This document shows, piece after piece, positions 23,706 through 35,409 of a DNA stretch of 64,000 nt (within the stretch, counting starts at the first letter, position 1; each line of letters begins with the position of its first letter). A program made the translations under genes and the position numbers. The stretch is from Prochlorococcus sp. AG-402-L09 (GTDB lineage Bacteria; Cyanobacteriota; Cyanobacteriia; PCC-6307; Cyanobiaceae): the NCBI GenBank assembly GCA_003216715.1, contig QCIK01000004.1:63534-127533 (forward strand). The letters run 5' to 3'. Below the pieces are notes generated by a model. It ran no database searches, had not been told where the DNA came from, and saw nothing but the letters and a program-made list of their open reading frames with translations.

Positions 23706-24490
23706 CTATCCTCCAACGCAAGAAATGCAATCAAATCGTTTGTGGGTATTGGTGGCCAACGGCGAATATTCAACAACCAATCTTTATCACGATATCGAAT
23801 ATCTAATCCAGCAGCCGCTGCCCAATTGCTTTCAGCTTCACCTGAAAAGCCTTTACGCCATAGAAGTGCACTTAATGCTGCTCTCGCATCTGCGAATAAA
23901 GGATATTTACCAATTAATATTCTAATTTTATTTTCAGCGAGTTCAAGATCACCCAATTGATAAATAGCAAGCGCCTCACTCGACCTAGACATGGCTATGG
24001 CATTATTTGACGATGCAGCTTGAGAAAAAAATTTCTTCGCTTCACTCCAATTATCCAAAGATCCCATCACATTACCTAAGTTATACAAAGCTGAAACATC
24101 TTTAGGATTCTTCTCTAAAACGTATTGATAATCTTGACTGGCGTCCTCCCAAAGCTGCAAAGCTTCTTCAGCAATTCCTCTATTCAGGTAAGGATCAAGA
24201 TCTTCAGGCGAAATTTTAATGGCCATAGTTTGATCTTTAATAGCCCCCTGAGGATCACCCAGCGCAAGACGAATATTACCTCTATTACTCAATGCAGCGG
24301 CGTCATTTGGATTATTATTCAAGTAAAGGCTCCAATCTTTTTCAGCTTGAATGAAATCACCATCATTACTTTCTTGAAGGGCTTTTTCGAATAAAAATTT
24401 CGGAAAATCCTTAGCTTGAGATGGAAATGGTACAAAAACAAAAACGATGAAAAGTAAAAGTAAAACTTTCAAAACTCTTATTCTTATCAT
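23702..24490 (-). CDS. Tetratricopeptide repeat protein with N-terminal signal/TM segment
   Basis: Repeated TPR helices ([31 protein letters not shown]). Confidence 0.85.
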   Translation of the reverse strand: MIRIRVLKVLLLLFIVFVFVPFPSQAKDFPKFLFEKALQESNDGDFIQAEKDWSLYLNNNPNDAAALSNRGNIRLALGDPQGAIKDQTMAIKISPEDLDPYLNRGIAEEALQLWEDASQDYQYVLEKNPKDVSALYNLGNVMGSLDNWSEAKKFFSQAASSNNAIAMSRSSEALAIYQLGDLELAENKIRILIGKYPLFADARAALSALLWRKGFSGEAESNWAAAAGLDIRYRDKDWLLNIRRWPPIPTNDLIAFLALEDR

Positions 24491-25557
24491 TTAACTTTTT
24501 TATTTGTTGAAGTTAGCAGATAGTGTTTTTCAGCTACTGGTGTAACAACCCTCCCCCTAGCAGTTCTTTGCAAAAAACCAATTTGCATTAGATAAGGCTC
24601 AACTACAGTTTCAAGAGTGGTTGAATCTTCTCCAAGCGCAGCAGCCAACGTTTCAAGTCCTACTGGACCACCTTTATATTGATTAACTAGCAAATCTAAA
24701 TAACTTCTATCTGTTGCATCTAATCCTCGTTGATCTACACGATGTAGATCAAGTGCATCATTTACAACTTGAGCATCTATCATTTTTGAGGACGAATGTA
24801 CTTCTGCATAATCTCTCACTCTTCTTATGAGCCTATTTGCAATTCGGGGAGTACCTCGACTTCTTCTGGCTAATTGATGAGATGCTTCTTCTGAAATCGA
24901 TAAATTAATAAGATTTGCAGATCTTTTAATTATGTTTTCAAGATCCAAATAGTTATAAAAATCTAATCGCTGAGTTATTCCAAAGCGATCTCGCATAGGA
25001 GAGCTCAAAGCTGCTGGCTTCGTTGTCGCACCTACCAAGGTAAAAGGAGGAATTTCAATTGATCGCATTCTCGAGGAAGTGCCTTTCCCCACAGTTAAAT
25101 CCAACCTTCTATCTTCCATCGCTGGATACAAAAGTTCCTGTGATATACGATTAAGTCTATGAATCTCATCAACAAAAATTAATTCACCAGGCTCCATATT
25201 GATCAACAATCCAACAATGTCCCTTGGACGTTCAAGGGCGGGAGCGCTGGTAACTCTGGCTTTAACTCCTAATTCCTCAGCAATAACCAAAGCCATGGTT
25301 GTTTTTCCCAATCCAGGAGGCCCATAAAGCATTAAATGATCAAGGGCTTCTCCTCTTCTTAATGATGCTTTAACTGAAATTTCAAGAACTTTCTTTAATT
25401 CAGATTGACCTACAAATTCATCAAAAGATTTAGGCCTAAGTGAATCTTGCTTAGATAATTTCAACTCCTCCTTTAAGGGAGTGGATCCAACTAATCTTTC
25501 CTCTCCTTTATCATTAGGAAGAGAAGAATGATTATTAATTGAAGACACAATTGCCAT
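24487..25557 (-). CDS. ruvB: Holliday junction branch migration helicase RuvB
   Basis: [12 protein letters not shown], Walker [36 protein letters not shown] at 25557 preferred; the longer track ORF overlaps smpB. Confidence 0.97.
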   Translation of the reverse strand: MAIVSSINNHSSLPNDKGEERLVGSTPLKEELKLSKQDSLRPKSFDEFVGQSELKKVLEISVKASLRRGEALDHLMLYGPPGLGKTTMALVIAEELGVKARVTSAPALERPRDIVGLLINMEPGELIFVDEIHRLNRISQELLYPAMEDRRLDLTVGKGTSSRMRSIEIPPFTLVGATTKPAALSSPMRDRFGITQRLDFYNYLDLENIIKRSANLINLSISEEASHQLARRSRGTPRIANRLIRRVRDYAEVHSSSKMIDAQVVNDALDLHRVDQRGLDATDRSYLDLLVNQYKGGPVGLETLAAALGEDSTTLETVVEPYLMQIGFLQRTARGRVVTPVAEKHYLLTSTNKKVK

Positions 25558-25604
25558 GACCGAAGGGTAGTGGCATCTCAACAATAATGTAGGTAAATAG
25601 AAAA

Positions 25605-26102
25605 ATGAGCAAAAAAGGAAAGAAAAAATCAAAAAAAAATTCCTCAGTTGATGGAAATCGTCGCCTAGCTGAAAATCGACAGGCAAGGTATGAATATGAA
25701 ATCCTAGAAACCCTTGAAACTGGTTTAGAGCTTCTTGGGACCGAAGTTAAATCTATTAGAGCTGGAAAAGTTAACTTGAAAGATGGGTTTTGTTTAATTA
25801 AAAAAAATCAAATTCAACTTCACAATGTTCATATATCACCTCATAATCATGCCGGTAAATTTTTCAATCATGAACCTCTAAGAATCAAAAAACTTCTTGC
25901 ACATAGAAAAGAAATCGAAAAATTAAAAATAAATTTAGAGAGAAAAGGTTTAGCATTAATACCTCTAAGTCTTTACCTCAAAGGCTCATGGATCAAGCTA
26001 AGAATAGGAGTAGGTAAAGGCCGAAAGTTATATGACAAAAGGAATCAAGAGAAAATCAATGATTCCAAAAGAGATGTAGCGAATGCTTTAAAACGTTTTT
26101 AA
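25605..26102 (+). CDS. smpB: SsrA-binding protein
   Basis: [43 protein letters not shown]. Confidence 0.97.
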   Translation: MSKKGKKKSKKNSSVDGNRRLAENRQARYEYEILETLETGLELLGTEVKSIRAGKVNLKDGFCLIKKNQIQLHNVHISPHNHAGKFFNHEPLRIKKLLAHRKEIEKLKINLERKGLALIPLSLYLKGSWIKLRIGVGKGRKLYDKRNQEKINDSKRDVANALKRF

Positions 26103-26167
26103 AGAAAAAATAGTTTCATATTTCCCAGGAAATTCTTTTCAGAAAACGATGACTTTAATTATTAATA

Positions 26168-26419
26168 TCAGGTAACATCCAAACTAACATTATCTGGTGG
26201 AGGTGTTGGATCAGGATCTGCAATGAGCATATGCTGCAAAACAATTTCTGGACGTTCACTATCTCTCCATCTAATGCGATAAGCAGGCATTTTTGTCCCC
26301 CTACTTGTCGTTTGCTCAACAGGTTCCATGACCCAACCACGTCTTGAACGCCCTTGGGGATTACGTTTCACAACAGCATCGGCATGCTTGAAACGAAAAC
26401 CAACTCTCTCACCACTCAT
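26168..26419 (-). CDS. Conserved picocyanobacterial hypothetical protein (SH3-like)
   Basis: 83-aa ORF between smpB and lysS with plausible protein composition. Confidence 0.7.
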   Translation of the reverse strand: MSGERVGFRFKHADAVVKRNPQGRSRRGWVMEPVEQTTSRGTKMPAYRIRWRDSERPEIVLQHMLIADPDPTPPPDNVSLDVT

Positions 26420-26460
26420 CTGAACAAAATCCTTACTCGCCTATTATCCACTGTGATGGG

Positions 26461-27981
26461 TCACTTTCCAGTTTGTTTTAAATTTGATTCTGGTCGCAAA
26501 AGTGGAAAAGCTATGACATCTCTTATCGAAGGGCTGTCAGTTAATAGCATTACAAACCTATCTATTCCTATTCCTAGACCTCCTGTTGGAGGCATTCCTA
26601 CTTCAAGTGCATTGATAAAATCTTCATCCACACTTTGCGCCTCAAGGTCCCCGGCTTCTTTTTTTGCTTGCTGCAAAAGTAAACGTTCTTTTTGATCTAT
26701 TGGATCAATTAGTTCACTAAAAGCATTAGCAGTCTCTCTTCCCACAATGAAAAGTTCAAATCGTTCAACTAACCCTTTCTTAGTTCTGTGTTTTCTAGCC
26801 AATGGAGAAATCTCAATTGGATAGTCCATAACAAATGTAGGTTGCACCAGATTAGGCTCTACTACTTGTTCAAAAGCTTCATTTAAAAGTCTTCCAACGC
26901 TATCAGCTTTATCTGGCACTTGAAGGCCCTGAAGAAGCATTGCAGCTTTAGCATCGTCAAAATTATCTCCATACAGTTCAAAGTCAATCCCCGAAAACTC
27001 CTGGACTATTTGGTGCATCGTTACTCTTCTCCACGGAGGTGTAAGATCTATTTTTTGCTGTTGATAAATAATTTTGGTCGATCCACAAATCTTTTCGCAA
27101 ACAGAAGAAAGCAAATTTTCTGTTAATTCCATCATGTCGAAATAGTCTGCAAAAGCTTCATAAATTTCTACAGAAGTGAACTCGGGATTATGACGAGTGC
27201 TAATTCCTTCATTTCTAAAAATTCTTCCAAGTTCATAAACCCTTTGAAAGCCGCCAACTACTAATCTTTTCAGATGCAATTCTGTGGCAATTCTCAAATA
27301 CAAAGGCAAATCAAGCGTATTGTGATGGGTAATAAAGGGCCTTGCATCTGCACCACCGGCCTCTGACTGTAAAACTGGTGTCTCAATCTCAAGAAAGTTT
27401 TTTTCATCTAACCATCGACGAATTGAACTAACTAATAAAGCCCTAGTGCGAAAAGTTTTTCTTGACTGCGGATTAACAATCAAATCTAAATATCTTTGTC
27501 GGTATCGCTTTTCTACATCAGCAAGTCCATGCCATTTATCTGGTAAAGGCTGTAATGATTTGGAAAGCATTGACCATTCGAAAACTTTTATAGAAAGCTC
27601 ACCTCTATCAGTTCTCCTTAATATTCCACTTACTCCTATCCAATCCCCAGAATCAACAAGAGAGGTAATGTTCTCAAAACTATTCTTTGGCTTTTCGCTA
27701 TTTTCATTCTGATTTAAGGTCGCCTTTTCCAAAAAAAGTTGAACTGTTCCTGTTTCATCAGCAATAGTAAAAAAAGCAAGTTTTCCCATAACTCTTCGAG
27801 AAGTTACACGCCCTGCGATCGATACTTCGTCTTTGTTTTCTTCACCATTTGGCAAGTCTGCATATTTTTGCTGTAAATCATCAGCAAAGTTAGTAGTCCG
27901 AAAATTCAAACCATAGGGACCTAGCCCCAGGCTTTTTAGTGCTTTAGCCTTCTCAAGGCGGGTATCTCTTAATTCAGACAA
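26461..27981 (-). CDS. lysS: Lysine--tRNA ligase (class II)
   Basis: [65 protein letters not shown]; TTG start. Confidence 0.98.
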   Translation of the reverse strand: MSELRDTRLEKAKALKSLGLGPYGLNFRTTNFADDLQQKYADLPNGEENKDEVSIAGRVTSRRVMGKLAFFTIADETGTVQLFLEKATLNQNENSEKPKNSFENITSLVDSGDWIGVSGILRRTDRGELSIKVFEWSMLSKSLQPLPDKWHGLADVEKRYRQRYLDLIVNPQSRKTFRTRALLVSSIRRWLDEKNFLEIETPVLQSEAGGADARPFITHHNTLDLPLYLRIATELHLKRLVVGGFQRVYELGRIFRNEGISTRHNPEFTSVEIYEAFADYFDMMELTENLLSSVCEKICGSTKIIYQQQKIDLTPPWRRVTMHQIVQEFSGIDFELYGDNFDDAKAAMLLQGLQVPDKADSVGRLLNEAFEQVVEPNLVQPTFVMDYPIEISPLARKHRTKKGLVERFELFIVGRETANAFSELIDPIDQKERLLLQQAKKEAGDLEAQSVDEDFINALEVGMPPTGGLGIGIDRFVMLLTDSPSIRDVIAFPLLRPESNLKQTGK

Positions 27982-28051
27982 GGCAATTCATACATACGAC
28001 AGAAATAAACCAGCTCAATTGAAAAACCTATTAATTTTGAGCTATTAATCT

Positions 28052-28792
28052 TTAACTGGCAATAGCCGTAGGAAATTCTCCCATTCTTTGAGAAGCGTAG
28101 CCAATCCCTCTTACGGTTAAAATTAATTCCGGATTCCTTGGATCTGGCTCAAGCTTGCCTCTTAAACGAGCTACATAGACATCAACAACTCTTAAATCCG
28201 CCGCTCTCCTCGGCGGATAACCCCAAAGCTGTTCCAAAATCTCCGCTCGAGGAACAACACGACCAGGATCACGAAATAATAATTCCAGCAAGCTAAATTC
28301 TGTATATGTAAGACCTATTCTTTCCCCTCCTCTGCTGACTTGCCTTCTATTGGTATCTACAACAAGATCTCCAAGCTTCATCACTCCTTGGCCTGATGGA
28401 ACTTCTCTGGGCTCATCAACAGTCGGGGCAGGTCCAACTCTTCTCAAAATAGTCGCAATTCTTGCCTCTAACTCCTTAGGGCTAAATGGTTTAGCCAAGT
28501 AATCATCAGCTCCTAAGTCCAAACCTGCAACTCTTTCTGAAATTGCTTCAAGAGCGGTCAAAAATATTATTGGAACACAAGACTCTGCTCTTATTCTTCG
28601 GCAAACTGCAAAGCCATCCATCTTAGGAAGCATTACATCCAGCACCACTAAGTCTGGTGCTTCTTTGTGAAAAACCTCGAGTGCTTGCTCTCCGTCCTGT
28701 GCAGATAAAACTTGATAACCAGCAAGATTAAGCCTTGTGACCAAGACTTTCAATACTGCTGGTTCATCATCTACAACCAAAATGCAGGTCAT
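28052..28792 (-). CDS. OmpR-family response regulator, RpaB paralog (SrrA-like)
   Basis: ILVVDDE, DLVVLDVMLP, GADDYLAKPFSPKELEARI, winged-helix LTYTEFSLL...VDVYVARLRGKLE...TVRGIGY. Confidence 0.88.
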   Translation of the reverse strand: MTCILVVDDEPAVLKVLVTRLNLAGYQVLSAQDGEQALEVFHKEAPDLVVLDVMLPKMDGFAVCRRIRAESCVPIIFLTALEAISERVAGLDLGADDYLAKPFSPKELEARIATILRRVGPAPTVDEPREVPSGQGVMKLGDLVVDTNRRQVSRGGERIGLTYTEFSLLELLFRDPGRVVPRAEILEQLWGYPPRRAADLRVVDVYVARLRGKLEPDPRNPELILTVRGIGYASQRMGEFPTAIAS

Positions 28793-28971
28793 GAGATTAG
28801 CTGTTGCCTTAGTGACAAAACCATCGAAATTTTATGTCGAAATGGCTTCTTGTTATATGAAGATATCATCTTCAAGTCAGGTATTCAAAGCCCTTTGACT
28901 AATTTAAAAGACAGAGTCACCACTAATAAATAAGTATTTATCCTATTTTAAAAGGTTTAAAAATTTTCTCA

Positions 28972-29463
28972 TTAGATTTTTTTATAAGCAAGGAGAAGCC
29001 AAGAGGAGAAAAATGGAGCAACTAATCCAGTAATTATGACCTCGGAAATTAACACATAAAATGACCAAGAATGAAACCAATCATTTCTCAAAACACTATA
29101 TAAAATAATCTTTTGTACCCAAATAGAAAGGCCAACAAAAAAAGTTCCAAAGATAGCCATCAAACCGATATTTAAAAATAATTTGATTTTTTTATTATGC
29201 AATCCATATGTACTCCAAACTAAAGACAAAACGACCAAAGAGGGAATATAAGAAACATTCCCAATTGTAAAAGAATCTATAAAAATTCCTAATAAAATTG
29301 AAGCAAAAACAGACTTCCAAGGACTATTCTTAAGTGAAAATGGCAACAACAAGATAACAGGCCAGCATGGAGTTATTCCATTTATTTTTAGCCAGTCAGG
29401 ACTGATAATTATAAAAACTGGTAAACAAATTATAGTAAAGAAGATGAATAACTTTTTAGTCAT
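28972..29463 (-). CDS. mreD: Rod shape-determining protein MreD-like membrane protein
   Basis: Hydrophobic 163-aa ORF overlapping the 3' end of mreC. Confidence 0.75.
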   Translation of the reverse strand: MTKKLFIFFTIICLPVFIIISPDWLKINGITPCWPVILLLPFSLKNSPWKSVFASILLGIFIDSFTIGNVSYIPSLVVLSLVWSTYGLHNKKIKLFLNIGLMAIFGTFFVGLSIWVQKIILYSVLRNDWFHSWSFYVLISEVIITGLVAPFFSSWLLLAYKKI

Positions 29464-30205
29464 TATTTTTCAAAATTTGCACCCAATCAATTGCCTCTGG
29501 AGATGCAGTTAACTGCACTATTGCATATGGAGATGGCAAAGCTTTTTCGTTCACGAACTGAACAATTCCGATAGTCAAATTTGGGGGTAATAAAGTACTT
29601 GCTGGAGAAGTAGTTACAGCGTCGCCAGTTTTAGCCAAGCTATTTTTATTTAAGAAAATTAGTTTTGGTCTGTTTGTACCCATCCCAGTCAAAATCCCAT
29701 GGCGCTTAGTTCGATCAATCCACGCTCCTACCTGATGACCAGGATCAGTCAATAATCTCACTCTTGAAGTAAGTAATGTTGTGCTGTCAACCAAGCCAAT
29801 TAAGCCTCCCGGTCCAATTACTGTTTGCCCTTTCAAAACACCATTTCTGGCTCCCTTGTTAATTTCTAGCTGTTGCCACCAATTTCTAGAGGATCTAGAT
29901 ATGACAGCAGCTGAAATTCTTTGATCACTATTAAACTCTTGCAAACCAAGAGCTTTTCTTAAACGAGTATTATCTTCCTCAAGTAATTTTAATCGAATAT
30001 TTCTTTCAATATTCTCTCCTTCCTGAATCCATTCTCTTTGAGCCGTACCAGGGAGTATAGGTTTTAATAAAATAGAGTATAAATCTAAATACCCTGCTCC
30101 TTTTGTCCAACGAATCCCAAATAATAAAGCTGCAAATAAAACAGTTAACCAGAATTTACTTTTCAAAAGCAAATGAAACCCTATTTTCCTTCGGGCTTGA
30201 ATCAT
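29456..30205 (-). CDS. mreC: Rod shape-determining protein MreC
   Basis: N-terminal TM, coiled coil LEEDNTRLRKAL, AAVISR, GLIGLV, GILTG, GDAVTTSP. Confidence 0.93.
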   Translation of the reverse strand: MIQARRKIGFHLLLKSKFWLTVLFAALLFGIRWTKGAGYLDLYSILLKPILPGTAQREWIQEGENIERNIRLKLLEEDNTRLRKALGLQEFNSDQRISAAVISRSSRNWWQQLEINKGARNGVLKGQTVIGPGGLIGLVDSTTLLTSRVRLLTDPGHQVGAWIDRTKRHGILTGMGTNRPKLIFLNKNSLAKTGDAVTTSPASTLLPPNLTIGIVQFVNEKALPSPYAIVQLTASPEAIDWVQILKNND

Positions 30206-30208
30206 TGT

Positions 30209-31270
30209 TCAATCTCTAATTACATTTCTAGCAAAATCTGGCGTATCCAAGACTCTTCGCATCGATTTAAAATCATCCAAAACCAGACCACATCCATTTA
30301 CAACGCACAACAATGGATCCTCAGCTACGTGAGTGAAAATTCCTGTTTCATGACTTAACAGATCACTAATTCCTCTAACAAGTGCTCCCCCTCCTGCCAG
30401 CATTATTCCCCTATCAACAATATCTGCAGCTAGTTCAGGTGGAGTTCTCTCTAGAGTTCTTTTTACAGCATCAACAATCTTATTCAGAGGCTCTGACATG
30501 GCTTCACGTAAATCGCCTGCTTTCAAATTTATTGAACGAGGCAAACCTGAAAGTAAATGCAATCCCCTTACATCTATTGATTGCAAATCGAATTCATTAG
30601 ACGGAAAAGCTGATCCGATTTTAATTTTTATCTCTTCAGCTGTTCTTTCACCAACTACTAAGTTATGTATTTTTTTTAAATAGGTAGCTATGGAATCATT
30701 AAGTTCATCACCTGCAACCCTTACTGATTCACTTAAAACTGTTCCGCCAAGGCTTAAAACAGCTACTTCGGTAGTACCACCTCCAATATCAACGATCATT
30801 GTTCCGATAGGCTCTGTCACTGGCAAAGAGGCTCCAATCGCAGCAGCGACAGGTTCATCAATTAAATGCACCTCTCTTGCTCCCGCAAGACCAGCTTCAC
30901 GAACTGCTCGTCTTTCTACACCCGTCACGCCACTAGGTATACCAACAACTAATCGGGGCGCAATGATTCCACGACCTTCATTACACTTTTGAATAAATGT
31001 CTTAAGCATTTGCTCAGCTGCATCAAAATCCGCTATCACACCATCCCTAAGGGGTCTAACTGCCCGGATATTTCCTGGTGTTCGCCCTAACATTAATTTT
31101 GCATCATCGCCCACAGCAAGAGGAACTCCTTCTTCTAAATCCATTGCCACAACTGAAGGTTCTTGCAATACAATTCCCTTGCCCGACACATAAATCAAGG
31201 TATTTGCTGTACCTAAATCAATCCCAATATCTCGGGAGAATTTGAAACGGTTAAAAAACACGGATTTCAA
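30209..31270 (-). CDS. mreB: Rod shape-determining protein MreB
   Basis: DIGIDLGTANT, RPLRDGVIADF, EPVAAAIG, VDIGGGTTE, LAGGGAL; true start may be GTG at 31261. Confidence 0.98.
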   Translation of the reverse strand: MKSVFFNRFKFSRDIGIDLGTANTLIYVSGKGIVLQEPSVVAMDLEEGVPLAVGDDAKLMLGRTPGNIRAVRPLRDGVIADFDAAEQMLKTFIQKCNEGRGIIAPRLVVGIPSGVTGVERRAVREAGLAGAREVHLIDEPVAAAIGASLPVTEPIGTMIVDIGGGTTEVAVLSLGGTVLSESVRVAGDELNDSIATYLKKIHNLVVGERTAEEIKIKIGSAFPSNEFDLQSIDVRGLHLLSGLPRSINLKAGDLREAMSEPLNKIVDAVKRTLERTPPELAADIVDRGIMLAGGGALVRGISDLLSHETGIFTHVAEDPLLCVVNGCGLVLDDFKSMRRVLDTPDFARNVIRD

Positions 31271-31343
31271 TCATTTGAGCCATCATAAAGAGAGTTGAAC
31301 TAAGATAAATATATTATTTAGCAACCAGTAAACAGAGGAGGTA

Positions 31344-31736
31344 ATGATGGCAATAAATTCAGTCACTCTTGTGGGCAGAGCAGGGAGGGATCCTGAAGTT
31401 AGATATTTTGAGTCTGGAACTGTAGTAGCAAATTTGACAATGGCCGTAAATAGAAGAAATCGAGATGATGAACCAGATTGGTTCAATCTGGAAATTTGGG
31501 GTAAACAAGCCCAAGTCGCAGCCGATTATGTCAAAAAAGGTTCTTTAATCGGTATAACTGGAAGCTTCAAATTGGATAGTTGGAAGGATCGTAATACAGG
31601 AGAAGATAGAAATAAGCCAGTTGTTAGAGTTGACCGTCTTGAATTATTAGGATCCAAAAGAGATTCAGAAAATAATAATTTCCAAAACAACAATTCATTT
31701 AATCAACAGCCAAGTAATGATGAAATCCCATTTTAA
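31344..31736 (+). CDS. ssb: Single-stranded DNA-binding protein
   Basis: INSVTLVGRAGRDPE, WFNLEIWGKQA, KKGSLI, acidic tail DEIPF. Confidence 0.97.
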   Translation: MMAINSVTLVGRAGRDPEVRYFESGTVVANLTMAVNRRNRDDEPDWFNLEIWGKQAQVAADYVKKGSLIGITGSFKLDSWKDRNTGEDRNKPVVRVDRLELLGSKRDSENNNFQNNNSFNQQPSNDEIPF

Positions 31737-31748
31737 AAAATATCGTTT

Positions 31749-32405
31749 TTAATTATTAATTAGTTTACGTAGAGTTCGATAAATTAAAGTTATCAAAGCG
31801 ATGGATATTATTGAAATAATAATTATTTTAAAGATAGTTGAGAAAGGACTAATCCATGTTTCAATGTTTGCATAATTATCCCCTAAATAAAAGCCTGTAA
31901 TTGTTAAGAACAAGGTCCAAATAAGGCTTCCTGCAGTCGTCCAAATCAAAAATGGAGTTACGGGCATTAACTCAACTCCTGCAGGCACTGAAATCAAAGT
32001 CCGGATTCCCGGTACTAATCTCCCCCAAAAGACTAAAGGGACCCCAAACCTGTTGAACCATTTACGACTTCGAGCAAGTTCAAGAGGTTTAATCCCAATC
32101 CAACGTCCATTCTTCTCAAGCCATTGCTCAAGTCTTTCTTCGTTAACTAATCTGCCAATTCCATACCAAGGCAAGGCGCCAATTACAGTTCCTATTAAGC
32201 CTGCCAAAATAACAGGAAAAAAATCTAATTGCCCCTGAGAAACATAAAAACCTCCAAGAGGCATTATTAATTCCGAAGGAATTGGCGGAATTAGATTTTC
32301 CAAAAACATTGCAAGTAAAATTGCCACATAACCAATCCACTGGTTAGTTTCCACTGCATTTCCTATCAATATTGGTAAAGAAGATATAAATTCTGAAATT
32401 TCCAT
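31749..32405 (-). CDS. DedA family membrane protein
   Basis: FLENLIPPIPSELIMPLGG, GRLVPGIRTLISVPAG. Confidence 0.93.
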   Translation of the reverse strand: MEISEFISSLPILIGNAVETNQWIGYVAILLAMFLENLIPPIPSELIMPLGGFYVSQGQLDFFPVILAGLIGTVIGALPWYGIGRLVNEERLEQWLEKNGRWIGIKPLELARSRKWFNRFGVPLVFWGRLVPGIRTLISVPAGVELMPVTPFLIWTTAGSLIWTLFLTITGFYLGDNYANIETWISPFSTIFKIIIISIISIALITLIYRTLRKLINN

Positions 32406-32429
32406 TTTGTTGAAATTTTTTAGATAAAA

Positions 32430-33863
32430 TCAATAGCGATATTGATCTGTCTTATAAGGACCTTCTATTGGTACATTGATATATTCAGCTTGTTCTTGAG
32501 TTAACTTAGTTAACTTTGCTCCTATCTTATCTAAATGAAGAATGGCCACCATTTCATCTAAATGTTTTGGCAAAACATAAACTTTATTTAAATATTTAAC
32601 TCCATATTTGAATAATTCAATTTGAGCTAATACTTGATTAGTAAAAGAATTACTCATAACAAAACTTGGATGACCCGTGCCACATCCAAGGTTGACTAAT
32701 CTTCCCTCGGCTAAAAGAATAATTTTATTACCGCTTGGTAGTGTTATGTGATCAACTTGAGGTTTAATATTTTCCCATTCATAACTCTTTAAAGAGGAAA
32801 CCTCAATTTCATTATCAAAATGGCCGATATTACATACTATCGATTCATTCTTCATCCTGATCAAATGCTCATGACGTATGACTTGAAAGTTTCCAGTGGC
32901 AGTAACAAAAATATCTACATTCTCAACCACCTCATCTAATCTCACTACTCTAAAGCCTTCCATTGCAGCTTGAAGAGCACATATAGGATCTATCTCGGAA
33001 ATCATTACTGTCGCTCCTAAACCCCTTAAAGACTGCGCAGAACCTTTTCCTACATCTCCATATCCCATAACAAGAGCTACCTTGCCTGCCACCATTACAT
33101 CTGTGGCTCTTTTAATGCCATCAACCAGAGATTCTCGACAACCGTAAAGATTGTCAAACTTACTTTTAGTAACAGAATCATTTACGTTAATAGCTGGGAA
33201 GACAAGTTCCCCACTTTTTTCCATTTGGTAAAGACGCGCTACACCAGTGGTAGTCTCCTCAGTAACTCCTTTGATAAAAGATTTAGCTTTTGAATAGAAA
33301 TTTGGATCCTGAGAAAGTTTTGTCTTAATAGAAGCAAATAATGCGATTTCCTCTTCATTTGAAGGTTTATCAAGAACTGAAATATCTTCTTCTGCTTTGC
33401 TCCCTAAAATAAGTAGCCCAGTCGCATCACCCCCATCATCAAGAATCATATTTGCAGATTCACCATCTTTCCATTCAAAAATTTTGTGTGTGTATTCCCA
33501 GTATTCGTCTAGGGTTTCACCCTTTTTAGCAAATACTGGGACACCTAAATTTGCAATCGCGGCAGCAGCATGATCTTGAGTAGAAAAAATATTACAAGAA
33601 GCCCATCTAACTTTTGCACCAAGTGCAACAAGAGTCTCAATTAATACACCTGTTTGAATAGTCATATGGAGACTGCCTGCAATACAAGCTCCTTTTAATG
33701 GTTTTTGGGATCCATATTTTTTTCTAAGTGCCATTAACCCAGGCATCTCTGTTTCAGCTATCAAAAGTTCTTTTCTCCCAAATTCTGCTTCGGTTATATC
33801 GTTAACTACATAATCAGTATTATTTTCAATACTGTTGAGATTTGACTTAGTTGCTGCAAACAT
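32430..33863 (-). CDS. ahcY: Adenosylhomocysteinase
   Basis: [68 protein letters not shown]. Confidence 0.98.
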   Translation of the reverse strand: MFAATKSNLNSIENNTDYVVNDITEAEFGRKELLIAETEMPGLMALRKKYGSQKPLKGACIAGSLHMTIQTGVLIETLVALGAKVRWASCNIFSTQDHAAAAIANLGVPVFAKKGETLDEYWEYTHKIFEWKDGESANMILDDGGDATGLLILGSKAEEDISVLDKPSNEEEIALFASIKTKLSQDPNFYSKAKSFIKGVTEETTTGVARLYQMEKSGELVFPAINVNDSVTKSKFDNLYGCRESLVDGIKRATDVMVAGKVALVMGYGDVGKGSAQSLRGLGATVMISEIDPICALQAAMEGFRVVRLDEVVENVDIFVTATGNFQVIRHEHLIRMKNESIVCNIGHFDNEIEVSSLKSYEWENIKPQVDHITLPSGNKIILLAEGRLVNLGCGTGHPSFVMSNSFTNQVLAQIELFKYGVKYLNKVYVLPKHLDEMVAILHLDKIGAKLTKLTQEQAEYINVPIEGPYKTDQYRY

Positions 33864-33886
33864 AACTAAACACCCTAGGGGAGATT

Positions 33887-34411
33887 GTGGAAAAGGATAC
33901 TAAAAAAAAATTCGAGGTTTTTAATTCATTTGCTCAGCAAACTGATAATTTCTGCTGGACTCTAGACAAACCTGAATCAACAATGTCATTGGGTTCAACA
34001 TTAACAAAAAAATTTCCTGAACTAAGCATTCTTCTTTTAAATGGTCCTCTTGGTGCAGGAAAAACCACATTAGTTAAAGGAATTGCAAAAAGTCTAAACA
34101 TTCAAGAGCCCATAACTTCACCAACTTTTCCCTTGTCCCAACATTATCCTTTGGGATCCCCTCCATTAATACATCTTGATCTTTACAGAATTGAAGAAAA
34201 AAATGCAGCAAACGAATTTTTTTTACAAGAAGAAGAGGAATCCAAAGCCATGGGCGCATTAATGGTAGTTGAATGGCCAGAAAGATTATCTCTTTCAATG
34301 CCTGATGCGTGGATAGGAAAACTAGAATATTCCTCGAAAAATGAAGCCCGATTTTTTCAACTCATACCTCCGTTAGATAAAGACAATAAATTTTCAACAT
34401 CTCCAAGGTAA
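33887..34411 (+). CDS. tsaE: tRNA threonylcarbamoyladenosine biosynthesis ATPase TsaE
   Basis: [27 protein letters not shown]; GTG start. Confidence 0.93.
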   Translation: MEKDTKKKFEVFNSFAQQTDNFCWTLDKPESTMSLGSTLTKKFPELSILLLNGPLGAGKTTLVKGIAKSLNIQEPITSPTFPLSQHYPLGSPPLIHLDLYRIEEKNAANEFFLQEEEESKAMGALMVVEWPERLSLSMPDAWIGKLEYSSKNEARFFQLIPPLDKDNKFSTSPR

Positions 34412-35373
34412 GGTTGTGCATCTATTGCTCCCAATCCTTTGCATACATAAGAACCACATGCAATTGCAAATTGAATAATTTCTTCAGCTATTGGTTGATT
34501 TATTTGATTCAATTCAATTGACATTAGTTTATAAATTAATCCAGCAGTGAATGCATCACCAGCGCCAGTCGTATCAACTACAGAGGAGGGGGAAATCGCA
34601 AATGACTTTCCAATATGATTATTAAGCAACCATGAAATAGGATTTGATCCATCAGTAATAATTACAGATGGTTTATCAATAAAAGACGATGAAATTTTAA
34701 TTGGATTAGATGTATTAAAAAACCATTCCGCCTCCTCTTTTGCAAGCTTGATTAATGAAACGTTTTTTAAAATAGAAATTATTTCATTTTTTTCATTAAT
34801 AGTTGGCTCTAAAACAGTTGACACTTTTTGTCGCCAAAAAGTTGGACGCCAATTCAAATCCAATGCAATCTTGATTCCTGACTGCACTGCATTTTCAATA
34901 CACCACATAAATGCACTTGATGAAATTTTCGAAGCCAAAGGAATAGTCCCTAAAACTAACCACCTCGCCTTTTCTGTCATCAGTGGCCAATCGTGAATAA
35001 TTTGCTCCCGCGATATGGCTTGATCGGCAAATCCAAGACCTTTATCACCCTCAAATCCCCCAAAAAATCTTTCTCCTCCAGTATCTCTGCGAACCAATAC
35101 AACCCTTGTAGGACGAAGGTTATCCTGCTGTAATCCAGCAGTATTAATTCCTCTCTCTATCAATAGCTTCTTAAAATTTTTGCCAAAATTATCATTTCCA
35201 AGAGAACCAACAAAAGATACATTTACTCCTAAGCGACCTAATGCACATGCAACATTCGCTGGGGCGCCACCAAAACAATCTATTACTGGCAAATCAAATG
35301 AAGGATCTCCGCCAGGAGGACCAAGTCGATCTATTAAGGCTTCTCCAAAAGCAATTACACGGTCTGCAGTCAT
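34357..35373 (-). CDS. PfkB-family carbohydrate kinase
   Basis: FGEALID, GGAPANVA, DLNWRP, VVDTTGAGDAFTAG. Confidence 0.93.
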   Translation of the reverse strand: MTADRVIAFGEALIDRLGPPGGDPSFDLPVIDCFGGAPANVACALGRLGVNVSFVGSLGNDNFGKNFKKLLIERGINTAGLQQDNLRPTRVVLVRRDTGGERFFGGFEGDKGLGFADQAISREQIIHDWPLMTEKARWLVLGTIPLASKISSSAFMWCIENAVQSGIKIALDLNWRPTFWRQKVSTVLEPTINEKNEIISILKNVSLIKLAKEEAEWFFNTSNPIKISSSFIDKPSVIITDGSNPISWLLNNHIGKSFAISPSSVVDTTGAGDAFTAGLIYKLMSIELNQINQPIAEEIIQFAIACGSYVCKGLGAIDAQPYLGDVENLLSLSNGGMS

Positions 35374-35409
35374 TTTTAATTATCTATCAATAAAGTTATT
35401 ATTAGCGAT

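Noticed and set aside
25558-25686. 43-aa N-terminal extension of ruvB in the ORF track
   Set aside because: It overlaps the smpB coding region on the opposite strand and shows no RuvB similarity.
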